From contig JARKSN010000288.1 in NCBI GenBank assembly GCA_029974275.1, positions 59,435-123,434 of the forward strand: DNA of 64,000 nucleotides, in the 5' to 3' direction. Origin of the DNA: Candidatus Hydrogenedentota bacterium. Lineage in GTDB: Bacteria; Hydrogenedentota; Hydrogenedentia; Hydrogenedentales; SLHB01. Shown in pieces: positions 1 to 9,146 of this stretch. Each line of letters opens with the position of its first letter. Within the stretch, counting starts at the first letter, position 1. Below the pieces are notes generated by a model, which was not told the DNA's origin, made no database searches, and saw nothing but the letters and a program-made list of their open reading frames with translations. The position numbers and the translations under genes were made by a program.

Positions 1-749
1 TCGGAATAGGAGGTCAATCGCACATTGACGCCAAGCCCAGTCCCCAGCGCGTCCGGACGTTCCGCATGCGCCAACTCGATGGCGTCATCGCCCGTAACCA
101 GCAGCCGTTCGCCGGGAACGCCGAGACGCTGCAGCAGATCGACGCCCCGGCGCCTTTCCCGCAACGCGATGAGGTCGGCGCGACGAAAAACCTGCCGGGC
201 TGTTTTACGCAGCGACACATTATCGAGGGGGCCAATGCCTTGGCCGAAAAAAGCCGTGGGTTTGCGTCGCTGTTGCGCCAAGCGCAGCGTGTGAAGCGTC
301 GCCGCGGCGTGAACGGCAAACACGTCCGTCAGATAACCGCCGCCGCTGGCGACCACGGCATCCGCGGCATCGATGGCTTCCAAGAAAGCGCGCATCGTAT
401 CGGTCTCGATTCCCCGGCGCGCCATGCGCGCTGAAATCACGCCGGCGCTGAATCGAGAGCCATTCACCCGAAGAAAATCCTCGCATGCGGCAAGCGCCGA
501 CTCGGCACACGCAAACAGCCGGAACAAGGGGCCGAGGATGTTGCGCTGTTGCAGCCATACGCGACGGCCTTGCGTCGAGAGCGGCGCAACGCCCGGACAC
601 TGCGCGGCCAACTTGTCCGGATTCGACGTCAACGCCGTGAATCGCGCGCCCGGAACCAACGCGCGAAAACGCGCGACCAGCGCCTGCAGCATGGCCGCGT
701 CGCCCACGTTGCGAAAATCATAGCTGCCGTTGTCAACGAGAATATGCAT
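1..749 (-). CDS. Polysaccharide pyruvyl transferase family protein (runs off window start)
   Basis: My translation from ATG 749: MHILVDNGSYDFRNVGDAAML...VVASGGGYLTD...FFGQGIGPL...IALRE...VTGDDA, with the family's NxGD, GGG, QGIGP and LRE motifs. Not in the ORF track because there is no stop in the window. Confidence 0.8.
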   Translation of the reverse strand, partial: MHILVDNGSYDFRNVGDAAMLQALVARFRALVPGARFTALTSNPDKLAAQCPGVAPLSTQGRRVWLQQRNILGPLFRLFACAESALAACEDFLRVNGSRFSAGVISARMARRGIETDTMRAFLEAIDAADAVVASGGGYLTDVFAVHAAATLHTLRLAQQRRKPTAFFGQGIGPLDNVSLRKTARQVFRRADLIALRERRRGVDLLQRLGVPGERLLVTGDDAIELAHAERPDALGTGLGVNVRLTSYS

Positions 750-933
750 CTTTCGTCCGCAAATCTTCCCCATGCACATCGGAACCTTGGCGATAGTGTG
801 GGGCCTGATGCCGGAAGAAAGCAAGAGCGGGGAGCGCCTTTCACAAGGCGATTTTGATTCGTTCCAGCGCCCGGCGGTACAATCCCCCTTTCGCGCGCGG
901 AATGGTCATGCGCGTCGAATACCCGGAGCGGCC

Positions 934-2328
934 ATGGCGATTCAGTTTTACAACACGTTGACGCGTCAAAAGGAAATTTTCGAGCCGATCGATCCGGGCA
1001 AGGTCGGGCTGTACACCTGCGGCCCGACGGTCTACAACTTCGCGCATATCGGCAACTTGCGAACGTTCACCTTCGAGGATTTGCTGCGCCGGCACCTAGA
1101 GTACCGCGGATATGCCGTCCGCCACGTCAAAAACATCACGGATGTGGAAGATAAAATCATTCGCACCTGCCGCGAAACCGGCGAATCGCTGAAGGCCCTG
1201 ACCACGCGCTTTTTCGACGCGTTCCTGCAGGACATCGACGCCATCGGCTTGTTGCGCGCCACGGAGTACCCGCGCGCCACGGATCACATCAACGACATCG
1301 TGGCGTTGATTCAAACGCTGCTTGAGAAAGGCTACGCGTATGAATCTGACGGCAGCGTCTATTTCCGGCTCGGGGCATTCAAGGATTACGGCAAGCTGAG
1401 CCACCACGATCTCGACGCCTTGAAGACGGGGGCGAGCGGCCGCGTGGATTCCGACGAGTATGCCACGGAAGACGCGCGCGACTTCGCGTTGTGGAAGGCA
1501 TGGGACGAAGAAGACGGCTCGGTCTTTTGGGAAACGGCCATTGGCAAGGGGCGGCCCGGTTGGCACATCGAGTGTTCGGCAATGAGCACGAAAAGCCTTG
1601 GCCCAACGTTCGATATCCATTCTGGCGGCATCGATCTGATGTTTCCGCATCACGAGAACGAGATCGCGCAGTCGGAAGCCGCGACGGGCAAGCCCTTCGT
1701 GCGGTACTGGCTGCATTGCGAGCACTTGATCGTCGAAGGCCGCAAAATGTCGAAGTCGCTCAATAACTTTTTCACGCTGCGCGACCTGCTCGATCGAGGC
1801 TACGACCCGACGGCCCTGCGATATGTCCTCATCTCGACCCATTACCGGCAGCGCCTCAACTTCTCGTTCGACGCCGTCGAGGCGGCGAAGGAAACCCTCA
1901 ATCGGGTGCGCGATTTCCGACTGCGCCTGCGCGCCGTGACGGGGGAAGGCCCCGATCTCATCGAAGAAACGACGCATTGCGAGGCAAAATTCGCGGCAGC
2001 GTTGGACGACGACCTGAATATCGCCGAGGCGATGGCCGCCGTGTTCGATTTCATTCGCGACACGAACAAGCTCATTGATCAGAATGGCGTGAGCCTGCAG
2101 GGCGCGGCCAACGCGGAAGCCATGTTGGATCGGCTCGACACGGTCGTGGGCGTTTTCGGCATGCCGGCAGAAGAAGCCCCGGAAGACGTGCAGGCGCTGG
2201 CCTTGGAACGGCAAGCGGCCCGCCGCGCAAAAGATTTCAAACGCGCCGATGCAATCCGGGACGAACTCGCCGCCAACGGCTGGATCATCGAAGACACGCC
2301 GGACGGGCCGCGGCTAAAACGATCGTAG
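934..2328 (+). CDS. cysS: Cysteine--tRNA ligase
   Basis: YTCGPTVY, HIGN, GRPGWHIECS and KMSKS motifs. Confidence 0.98.
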   Translation: MAIQFYNTLTRQKEIFEPIDPGKVGLYTCGPTVYNFAHIGNLRTFTFEDLLRRHLEYRGYAVRHVKNITDVEDKIIRTCRETGESLKALTTRFFDAFLQDIDAIGLLRATEYPRATDHINDIVALIQTLLEKGYAYESDGSVYFRLGAFKDYGKLSHHDLDALKTGASGRVDSDEYATEDARDFALWKAWDEEDGSVFWETAIGKGRPGWHIECSAMSTKSLGPTFDIHSGGIDLMFPHHENEIAQSEAATGKPFVRYWLHCEHLIVEGRKMSKSLNNFFTLRDLLDRGYDPTALRYVLISTHYRQRLNFSFDAVEAAKETLNRVRDFRLRLRAVTGEGPDLIEETTHCEAKFAAALDDDLNIAEAMAAVFDFIRDTNKLIDQNGVSLQGAANAEAMLDRLDTVVGVFGMPAEEAPEDVQALALERQAARRAKDFKRADAIRDELAANGWIIEDTPDGPRLKRS

Positions 2329-2333
2329 GAGAG

Positions 2334-2473
2334 GGAAAGCCTTTTTGAAAAAAGGTTTCCACCGGACCTCTTTCCAAAAACTTTTTATGGGTACGCAGCG
2401 CACGCACAAGACCTTGACAGAATTCTCAGAAAGGAGTCTGGGGGAGCTTTTCTTTTCCAAAAAGAATTTCTCC
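2334..2473. repeat. Two AT-rich palindromic intergenic elements
   Basis: GGAAAGCCTTTTTG-AAAAAAGGTTTCC (2334-2360) and GGGGAGCTTTTCTTTT-CC-AAAAAGAATTTCTCC (about 2441-2473). Confidence 0.55.
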
Positions 2474-2496
2474 GGCAGACGTTGCAAGGAGATCCC

Positions 2497-3687
2497 ATGA
2501 AAGCGATCTACTTCGACTGCTATTCGGGCGCGAGCGGCGACATGATCCTTGGCGCATTGATCGATGCGGGCGCTGATTTTCAACGCCTGCGCCAGGGGCT
2601 CGAATCGCTTAAGGTGCCAGGCTACACGATCGCGATCGAACATGTGGCGAGGAAGGGCGTCAAAGCCTGCCAATTCCGCGTCGTCATCGACGAGACCCAC
2701 GTGGCGCCACATCGGCGCCTGCGCCATATCCTCGAAATCATTGACGCCGGCGATCTGCCGCAGGAAGTGAAGACGGCGGCGGCGCGCACGTTCCAGCGCA
2801 TCGCGGAAGTCGAAGCGGCGATCCACGGCACGACCATCGAGAAGGTCCATTTCCACGAGATCGGCGCCATCGACTCTATCGTGGACGTTGTCGGGGCGCA
2901 TTTGGCCCTGCACGACTTGGGCGTTGATCGGGTCTATGCCTCGGCATTGCACGTGGGAAGCGGGACGGTGCAGTGCAACCACGGCTTAATGCCCGTGCCG
3001 GCGCCGGCGACCGCGGCATTGCTGGAGGGCATCCCGTGTTACGGCGGAGACGTGCCGGGCGAACTGGTTACCCCGACGGGCGCGGCGTTGCTGGCGCAGA
3101 TGGCAAAGCAATTCGGCCCAATGCCCGCAATGCGCATCGCAAAAATCGGCTATGGCGGCGGCACGCGCGATCTCCAAGATCGCCCCAATGTCCTGCGGGT
3201 GCTGGTCGGCGATCTCACCGAAGAAGCCGACCCGCACGATCGCATTGTGGTCATGGAGGCCATGGTTGACGACATGCAGCCGGAGCTTTTCCCGCCGTTT
3301 ATCGCGGACGTGTTGACGGCGGGCGCCCGCGACGCGTTTCTGACGCCCGTGATCGGCAAGAAAGGCCGCCCGGCGTATGTAGTCACAATCCTGTGCGATG
3401 AGGAAAAATCGAGCGACATCACGCGAGCCCTATTCCACGCCACGACCACGATTGGCGTGCGCATGCGGACCGAGCATCGCGTGTGCTTGCCGCGCGAGTT
3501 GCGCGCCGTGCGCACGCCATGGGGCGCCGTGCGCGTGAAGGTCACCATGCTGGAAGGCGAGACTCATACGGCCGCGCCGGAATTCGAAGATTGCCGCGCG
3601 CGCGCGGAAGAGGCGAAGGCGCCGGTGCGACGCGTGTACGAGGCGGCCTTGGCCGCGGCGCTGAAGGGGGAGTTCGAGCATGAGTAA
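2497..3687 (+). CDS. larC: Nickel pincer cofactor biosynthesis protein LarC
   Basis: YFDCYSGASGDM, VHFHEIGAIDSIVD, PVPAPAT, GELVTPTGA and KKGRP motifs. Confidence 0.93.
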   Translation: MKAIYFDCYSGASGDMILGALIDAGADFQRLRQGLESLKVPGYTIAIEHVARKGVKACQFRVVIDETHVAPHRRLRHILEIIDAGDLPQEVKTAAARTFQRIAEVEAAIHGTTIEKVHFHEIGAIDSIVDVVGAHLALHDLGVDRVYASALHVGSGTVQCNHGLMPVPAPATAALLEGIPCYGGDVPGELVTPTGAALLAQMAKQFGPMPAMRIAKIGYGGGTRDLQDRPNVLRVLVGDLTEEADPHDRIVVMEAMVDDMQPELFPPFIADVLTAGARDAFLTPVIGKKGRPAYVVTILCDEEKSSDITRALFHATTTIGVRMRTEHRVCLPRELRAVRTPWGAVRVKVTMLEGETHTAAPEFEDCRARAEEAKAPVRRVYEAALAAALKGEFEHE

Positions 3688-4168
3688 CCGCATCGCGATC
3701 TACCCTGGCAGTTTCGATCCGCCGACCAACGGCCATCTCGACCTGATCCATCGTGCGCACACGATGTTCAGCAAACTCATCGTGGCTGTCGCGCGCAATA
3801 ACGAAAAATCCTGCTTGTTCAGCGTGGAAGAGCGCATCGACATGCTGCACGCCATCACGCCGGATCTGCCGGACATCGAAGTGACCTCGTTCAGCGGCTT
3901 GACGGCGCAGTTTGCCCGCGAGCGTGGCGCGGTCGCGCTGGTGCGCGGCTTGCGCGTCGTGTCGGATTTCGAGTTTGAAATCACCATGGCAATCAATAAC
4001 CGCAAGCTCAATCCTGATATCGATACCGTATGCCTGATGCCAAGCGAGAAATACTTGCTCTTGAGTTCACGGCTTGTGCGGGAAGTCGCCCAATACGGCG
4101 GCGATTTGTCCGATTACGTGCCGCCAATCGTAGCCGAACGCCTGCTCAATAAACTCGGGCGATCGTGA
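3680..4168 (+). CDS. coaD: Pantetheine-phosphate adenylyltransferase
   Basis: IYPGSFDPPTNGHLDLI, RGLR and SSRLVRE motifs. Confidence 0.97.
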   Translation: MSNRIAIYPGSFDPPTNGHLDLIHRAHTMFSKLIVAVARNNEKSCLFSVEERIDMLHAITPDLPDIEVTSFSGLTAQFARERGAVALVRGLRVVSDFEFEITMAINNRKLNPDIDTVCLMPSEKYLLLSSRLVREVAQYGGDLSDYVPPIVAERLLNKLGRS

Positions 4169-4267
4169 GGAAACGGCCTCGCGCAAACGCCGGAGCAACT
4201 CGGCGGAAAATGGCGCGCGTCATTTTCCCTCGTGTCCATGGGTGAACCAGGAAGGAAAGACCCCGTT

Positions 4268-6799
4268 ATGTCGTCGCCGCGCATTCATTTGATCTGCAAT
4301 GCACACCTCGATCCTATCTGGCAGTGGAGTTGGGAAGAAGGGTTGACCGAAACCCTCGCAACATTCGAAGTCGCAGCAGACTTGCTGGATGAGTATCCCG
4401 AGTTCGTGTTCAACCACAACGAGTCGCTGTTGTATGAGTGGGTGCGCGACTATCGCCCCGCCCTCTTCAAGCGCATTCAGAAATGGGTGAAGGCCGGGCG
4501 CTGGATCATCTCCGGCGGATGGTACGTGCAGCCGGACTGCAACCTGCCGTCGGGCGAGTCCTTCGTGCGGCAAGCGCTTATGGGGCGTTTGTTCTTCAAG
4601 AAACACTTCGGGATCATGCCCAAGGTCGCATACAACCTCGATCCGTTCGGGCATCACGGCAATCTGCCGCAAATGTTGCGCAAGACCGGCTTCGAGACCT
4701 ATGTCCACTTCCGTCCCGGTCCCGCTGAATGCCCTATCGACGGATTTGCGTATCGCTGGCGCGGCGTCGACGGCAGCGAGGTGCCCGCGTTACGGCCTCC
4801 GTGCGGATGGTACAACACCATGTCGCCGACGCAAGTCAACGACAAGATAAACGCGATGCAGGCTCTCCTGCAGGAAAAAGGCGTCGACGTCACGCTGTTC
4901 TGGGGAGCCGGCGATCACGGCGGCGGCGCGACCCGCGCCGACCTGGACCTGATCCGCGCGCGACAAAAACAGCACCCCGGAATCGTGCATGGGTCGCTCG
5001 AAGAATATGCCCAACGCCACCTCAAGCGCCTCGCCGCCGACGGCCCGCTGAAGGAGGGCGAACTGCAAAAATGCTTCACCGGCTGCTACACCAGCGTCAT
5101 CGGCACGAAACAGCGCAACCGGCGCGGCGAAGGCCTTGCGCTGGCCGCGGAGCGCTATGCCGCGCTGGCGTGGTGGCTCTTGGGAAAACCCTATCCTGCC
5201 GAGAAGCTCGAGCGGGTGTGGAAACGCATCCTGTTCAACCAGTTTCATGACATTCTGCCCGGATCGTCGGTGCGCCCGGGCTTCCAAGGGTCCATCGAGA
5301 TGTATGGCCACGCCTTCACCGAAGCCCGCGAACTCTTGCTCGAATCCCACCTGGCGCTGCTGCAACGCCGCAAGAAACGCATCCCCATGCCGCTGTGCAT
5401 TTTCAATCCAATCGGCGAGAGACGTCGTCGCCCGGTCGAGGTGGAATTCATCGGCGCCACGCACCCGCATTTGCTCACCGGGAAATCGTTTCGTGTGCTC
5501 GACAGCAAGGGGCAACATGTGCCTTTCCAAAAGGTCGCGCCGATCAGCTATATCGGCGATTGGCAACCACGAATCCTTTTCGATGCCGACCTGCCCGCGA
5601 TGGGAATGGCCGAATACCGTTTGGATCTTGTTGAGGGGCCATTGCCGAAAGCCAAGGCAGGGATCCGCGCAACGCGCAAAGGACAGCAAACGGCCTTTGC
5701 GACGCCGTTCTACACGTTGACAATGAACATGCGCACCGGCCTCATCGATTCGCTGGCGGTGCGCCCTGCCGCCGGCGGCCGCCCCAAGGAACTTATCCGA
5801 AAAGGCGCAGGCGCGCTCATCCTGCGCGACGATATCGTGGACGCATGGGGCGGCGGACAACCGCATTACGGCAAAGTAGTCGGCAAATTCGCGTGCCCCT
5901 CCAAAACGGATCTGGCCGATGCCATCGGCGCCTACGACAGCCCCTGCGATGGCCCCGTGCGCATCATAGAAGAAGGCCCGCTGGCGACGCGTATCGAGGT
6001 GATCCAGACCTACAAGCGATCGGTGGCGCGCATTCGCTACACCCTGTACGCCACGCACCCGGAGATCGGCGTCGAACTGCTCTTGAACTGGTGCGAACGC
6101 AAACGCGCATTGCAGTGGGCATTCCCGACTACATTGGACGGAGACCAGTATGTGACGGAAATTCCGCACGCCGCCATCGAACGCCCCGTCGGCAACGGCG
6201 AGGAGCCGTGCGGACGCTGGACCGCTCTCCTTTCATCCGACGCGGCGACCGCGTTTGCGCTCGTAAACGACGGACCTGGCGGCGTGGACGTACGCAAAGG
6301 CGAATTGCGCCAGTCGCTGGTGCGCAGCGCCCTCTTCGGCAGCGGCGGATCCAGCGTCCCCTTTGATCGGTTGAGCGAACATATGGATCTCGGCGAACAT
6401 ATGTACAAGTTCTTCTTGCGCTTCGGCGACGCCCAAAACGTGCGCGCGGACCTGACAGGGCTGGCCGCGGATTTAACAATGCCCCCCGCGGCCTACATCC
6501 ATATTCCAATCGGCGCGGCGGACGTTGATGGGCTCGCGGCGGGAACCGACACGGTGCGAGTTGAAGGCGACAATGTGCATCTTGCGGCGCTCAAACAGAG
6601 CGAGGACGGAAAAGCCCTAATCGTTCGTCTGGTCGAAACGGCCGGCGGCACGGCGCGCGCGAAACTTCGTGTGCCGGGCATCAAGGGCGGCGCAACGCTC
6701 GCGTTCACCCGATACGAAATCAAGACCGTGCGCATCACGCGTCAAAAAGGCGCGTGTTCGTGGGTCGAATGCGATTTGTTGGAACGGCCCCTGCGGTAA
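4268..6799 (+). CDS. Glycoside hydrolase family 38 (alpha-mannosidase-like)
   Basis: AHLDPIWQW, PDCNLPSGES, DPFGH, GDHGGG and NQFHDILPGSS motifs. Confidence 0.9.
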   Translation: MSSPRIHLICNAHLDPIWQWSWEEGLTETLATFEVAADLLDEYPEFVFNHNESLLYEWVRDYRPALFKRIQKWVKAGRWIISGGWYVQPDCNLPSGESFVRQALMGRLFFKKHFGIMPKVAYNLDPFGHHGNLPQMLRKTGFETYVHFRPGPAECPIDGFAYRWRGVDGSEVPALRPPCGWYNTMSPTQVNDKINAMQALLQEKGVDVTLFWGAGDHGGGATRADLDLIRARQKQHPGIVHGSLEEYAQRHLKRLAADGPLKEGELQKCFTGCYTSVIGTKQRNRRGEGLALAAERYAALAWWLLGKPYPAEKLERVWKRILFNQFHDILPGSSVRPGFQGSIEMYGHAFTEARELLLESHLALLQRRKKRIPMPLCIFNPIGERRRRPVEVEFIGATHPHLLTGKSFRVLDSKGQHVPFQKVAPISYIGDWQPRILFDADLPAMGMAEYRLDLVEGPLPKAKAGIRATRKGQQTAFATPFYTLTMNMRTGLIDSLAVRPAAGGRPKELIRKGAGALILRDDIVDAWGGGQPHYGKVVGKFACPSKTDLADAIGAYDSPCDGPVRIIEEGPLATRIEVIQTYKRSVARIRYTLYATHPEIGVELLLNWCERKRALQWAFPTTLDGDQYVTEIPHAAIERPVGNGEEPCGRWTALLSSDAATAFALVNDGPGGVDVRKGELRQSLVRSALFGSGGSSVPFDRLSEHMDLGEHMYKFFLRFGDAQNVRADLTGLAADLTMPPAAYIHIPIGAADVDGLAAGTDTVRVEGDNVHLAALKQSEDGKALIVRLVETAGGTARAKLRVPGIKGGATLAFTRYEIKTVRITRQKGACSWVECDLLERPLR

Positions 6800-6851
6800 A
6801 GGCTAAGATACGACGCAGCGACTGCCCATCGAATCCAGGAAACGCCGAGAC

Positions 6852-8027
6852 GTGACAACAGCAAAGCGAAAACAAGCCGCCGGACGCGGCGAAACGCCCC
6901 CCCCTTTCTTTGGCAAGGAGGTGCGCACACTCGTCGTGAAAATCGGCACGGCCCTGCTCAGCAACCAGCAAGGCTTCGACGGCGCCGTAATGGAAGGCAT
7001 GGTCAAGGAACTGGCCGACCTCAAGAATAAACACGGCATCAACATCCTAATCGTGACCTCCGGAGCGGTCGGCTGCGGCATGCGCATACTCAACATGCAG
7101 CAACGCCCAAGAACCCTTCCGCTCAAACAAGCCACGGCGGCCATCGGCCAGTCGCGCCTCATGCACTACTACGAAACTCTCTTCGAAGCCTATGGCGACG
7201 GCATCAAGGTCGGTCAGGTGCTGCTCAGCGCGCGTGAACTCGACGAACGGCGCAGCTACCTGAACATCCGCAACACCGTGAAAGCCCTCTTCGATCTCGG
7301 ATGCGTGGTGCCCATCATCAACGAAAACGACTCCGTCGCCACCGACGAACTCTCCTTCGGCGACAACGATACGTTGGCCGCGCGCATCGCCGTCAAGATC
7401 GACGCCGACCTCTGCATCATCTTGAGCGATGTGGACGGGCTTTTCGACAAAAACCCCGCACGCCACGCCAACGCCAAACTCATCCGCCACGTCCCCTCGA
7501 TCACGCCGGAAATCGAAGCCCTCGCAGGCGGCGCGGCGGGCGAGCATTCCATCGGCGGCATGAAGACCAAACTCGATGCGGCGCGCATCGCGTGCGCGGC
7601 AGGCGTTCCCCTGGTGATCGCGAATGGCCGCCGCAAAGAAGTGATTCATTCCGTGCTCGAAAACGCCGGCCCCATGACGACCTTCGGCAAGCCGCATCAC
7701 TCAATGCCGCAACGCAAACGCTGGATCGCGTTTGGACGCACCGCGCGCGGCCAGCTCGTCATCGACGACGGCGCCTGCAAAGCCCTATTGACCCAAGGGC
7801 GCAGCCTGTTGGCGGCGGGCGTCAAAGCCGTGAACGGCGTCTTCGACATGGGCGACAGCGTCCAGATCATCGACGGGACGGGGCGCGCCATCGCGCGCGG
7901 CCTTGTGAATTACTCAAGCGAGGACATTGCTCGCATAAAAGGAAAAAAAAGCGCCGAAATCAAGGGCATTCTCGGCCGCCAAGATTTCGACGAACTCGTC
8001 CACCGCGACAATCTGGCGCTTTTATAG
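6852..8027 (+). CDS. proB: Glutamate 5-kinase with PUA domain
   Basis: VVKIGT, TSGAVG, PIINENDSV and FGDNDTLAA motifs; C-terminal PUA domain. Confidence 0.97.
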   Translation: MTTAKRKQAAGRGETPPPFFGKEVRTLVVKIGTALLSNQQGFDGAVMEGMVKELADLKNKHGINILIVTSGAVGCGMRILNMQQRPRTLPLKQATAAIGQSRLMHYYETLFEAYGDGIKVGQVLLSARELDERRSYLNIRNTVKALFDLGCVVPIINENDSVATDELSFGDNDTLAARIAVKIDADLCIILSDVDGLFDKNPARHANAKLIRHVPSITPEIEALAGGAAGEHSIGGMKTKLDAARIACAAGVPLVIANGRRKEVIHSVLENAGPMTTFGKPHHSMPQRKRWIAFGRTARGQLVIDDGACKALLTQGRSLLAAGVKAVNGVFDMGDSVQIIDGTGRAIARGLVNYSSEDIARIKGKKSAEIKGILGRQDFDELVHRDNLALL

Positions 8028-8188
8028 CCCTTTTTCCGCACGGACCGGATCGATCGCCCCCTCCCCGGAGAACGCACGATAAACGCGTCCGCGAATCAAA
8101 ACAACCGTTGCGTCATTGCCTGCAGGCTCTGTTTCGAGATACCCTGTACGCGAGACAGGAAGCGACAAGCTGCAAGGAAAGGTTCGCC

Positions 8189-8977
8189 ATGAATCTGCGT
8201 GATCTGGGACTCCGCATTCGGGCCCAACGCGAAAAGCGCGGCCTGAAACAGCAAGACGTCGCAAACGCGCTCGGCATCAGCCCGCAGGCGGTGTCGAAAT
8301 GGGAACGCGGCGAAAACGCGCCGGACATTGCCGTGCTATCACCGTTGGCGCGGTTGCTGGGCGTGTCGGCGGATTGGTTGCTGGACGATGCGACGGATCG
8401 GAAGGACGTGTTCGAAGCGACGGTGCTGGCGTCGAGTGTGCACGGAGCATACGAGCGGTCGTTGCATATGGAGCCGCGCGATTTCGCGGCGTGGGCGAAC
8501 GGGTTGTTCTTCACGCTGACGGACACGACGCAACGGTATGGCGGTGTGCCGATCAAGTATATGGGTGATCAATTCCTCTGCTTCTTCTCGGGACACGACC
8601 ATGCGTCGCGCGCGGTGCAGACGGCCCTGCGCGCGAAGAGCATCATCGCCGAGGACCTTAAGATCGGTCTGAGCACCGGGCAAGTCTATCTCGGTTCGGT
8701 GGGCCACCCGGATTACGCGCGCCCAGACATCATGGGCGAGGTCGTGAACATCGCGTTCCTCACCCTCGGTTGGGCGGAAAACGAAACGAAGAGCGGCATT
8801 GCCGCCATGCAGGCCGTCCTCGACGCGGCGGACACGACTACTATCACGACCGTACGATCCAAAAAAGTGAGTTTCCGCTGCATCGAAAGACCGGTAGCCG
8901 TTTGCGAGATTGATCTAGCAACGCAAAGCAAAAAAAGTTTTGCCACAAAGACGCAAAGGAACAAAGGCGCAAAATAA
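8189..8977 (+). CDS. XRE-family HTH fused to a class III nucleotidyl-cyclase-like domain
   Basis: N-terminal LKQQDVANALGISPQAVSKWERG (HTH_3), followed by YGGVPIKYMGD, KIGLSTG and MGEVVNIA. The true start lies inside track ORF 7301..8977, after a GGAAAGG RBS. Confidence 0.8.
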   Translation: MNLRDLGLRIRAQREKRGLKQQDVANALGISPQAVSKWERGENAPDIAVLSPLARLLGVSADWLLDDATDRKDVFEATVLASSVHGAYERSLHMEPRDFAAWANGLFFTLTDTTQRYGGVPIKYMGDQFLCFFSGHDHASRAVQTALRAKSIIAEDLKIGLSTGQVYLGSVGHPDYARPDIMGEVVNIAFLTLGWAENETKSGIAAMQAVLDAADTTTITTVRSKKVSFRCIERPVAVCEIDLATQSKKSFATKTQRNKGAK

Positions 8978-9120
8978 GAAGGACTCTTGTTTGCATTATC
9001 TCTGCGAGGCTCTGCGTCCTCCGCGACTTTGCGTTGGGATATTGAACGCAGAGTTGCAGAGGACGCAGAGCCTCGCAGAGAAAGAGATATTGTTCTTCTT
9101 CTCCGTGTCTCCGTGGTGAA
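8941..9120. repeat. Cluster of roughly 9-nt-period CGCAGAG/CACAGAG-type repeats with a 36-bp inverted repeat
   Basis: CTCTGCGAGGCTCTGCGTCCTCCGCGACTTTGCGTT (9000-9035) pairs with AACGCAGAGTTGCAGAGGACGCAGAGCCTCGCAGAG (9045-9080); also CTCCGTGTCTCCGTGGTGAA. Confidence 0.75.
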
Positions 9121-9146
9121 TCTTAACCGTAAGAGGGAGAATGAAC

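Noticed and set aside
7301..8188. N-terminal 296 aa of track ORF 7301..8977
   Set aside because: An out-of-frame overlap with proB; the real start is at 8189.
8030..9146. SAH or SAM riboswitch upstream of ahcY
   Set aside because: I could not find the conserved cores; the hairpin at 9000-9080 belongs to the dispersed repeat family.
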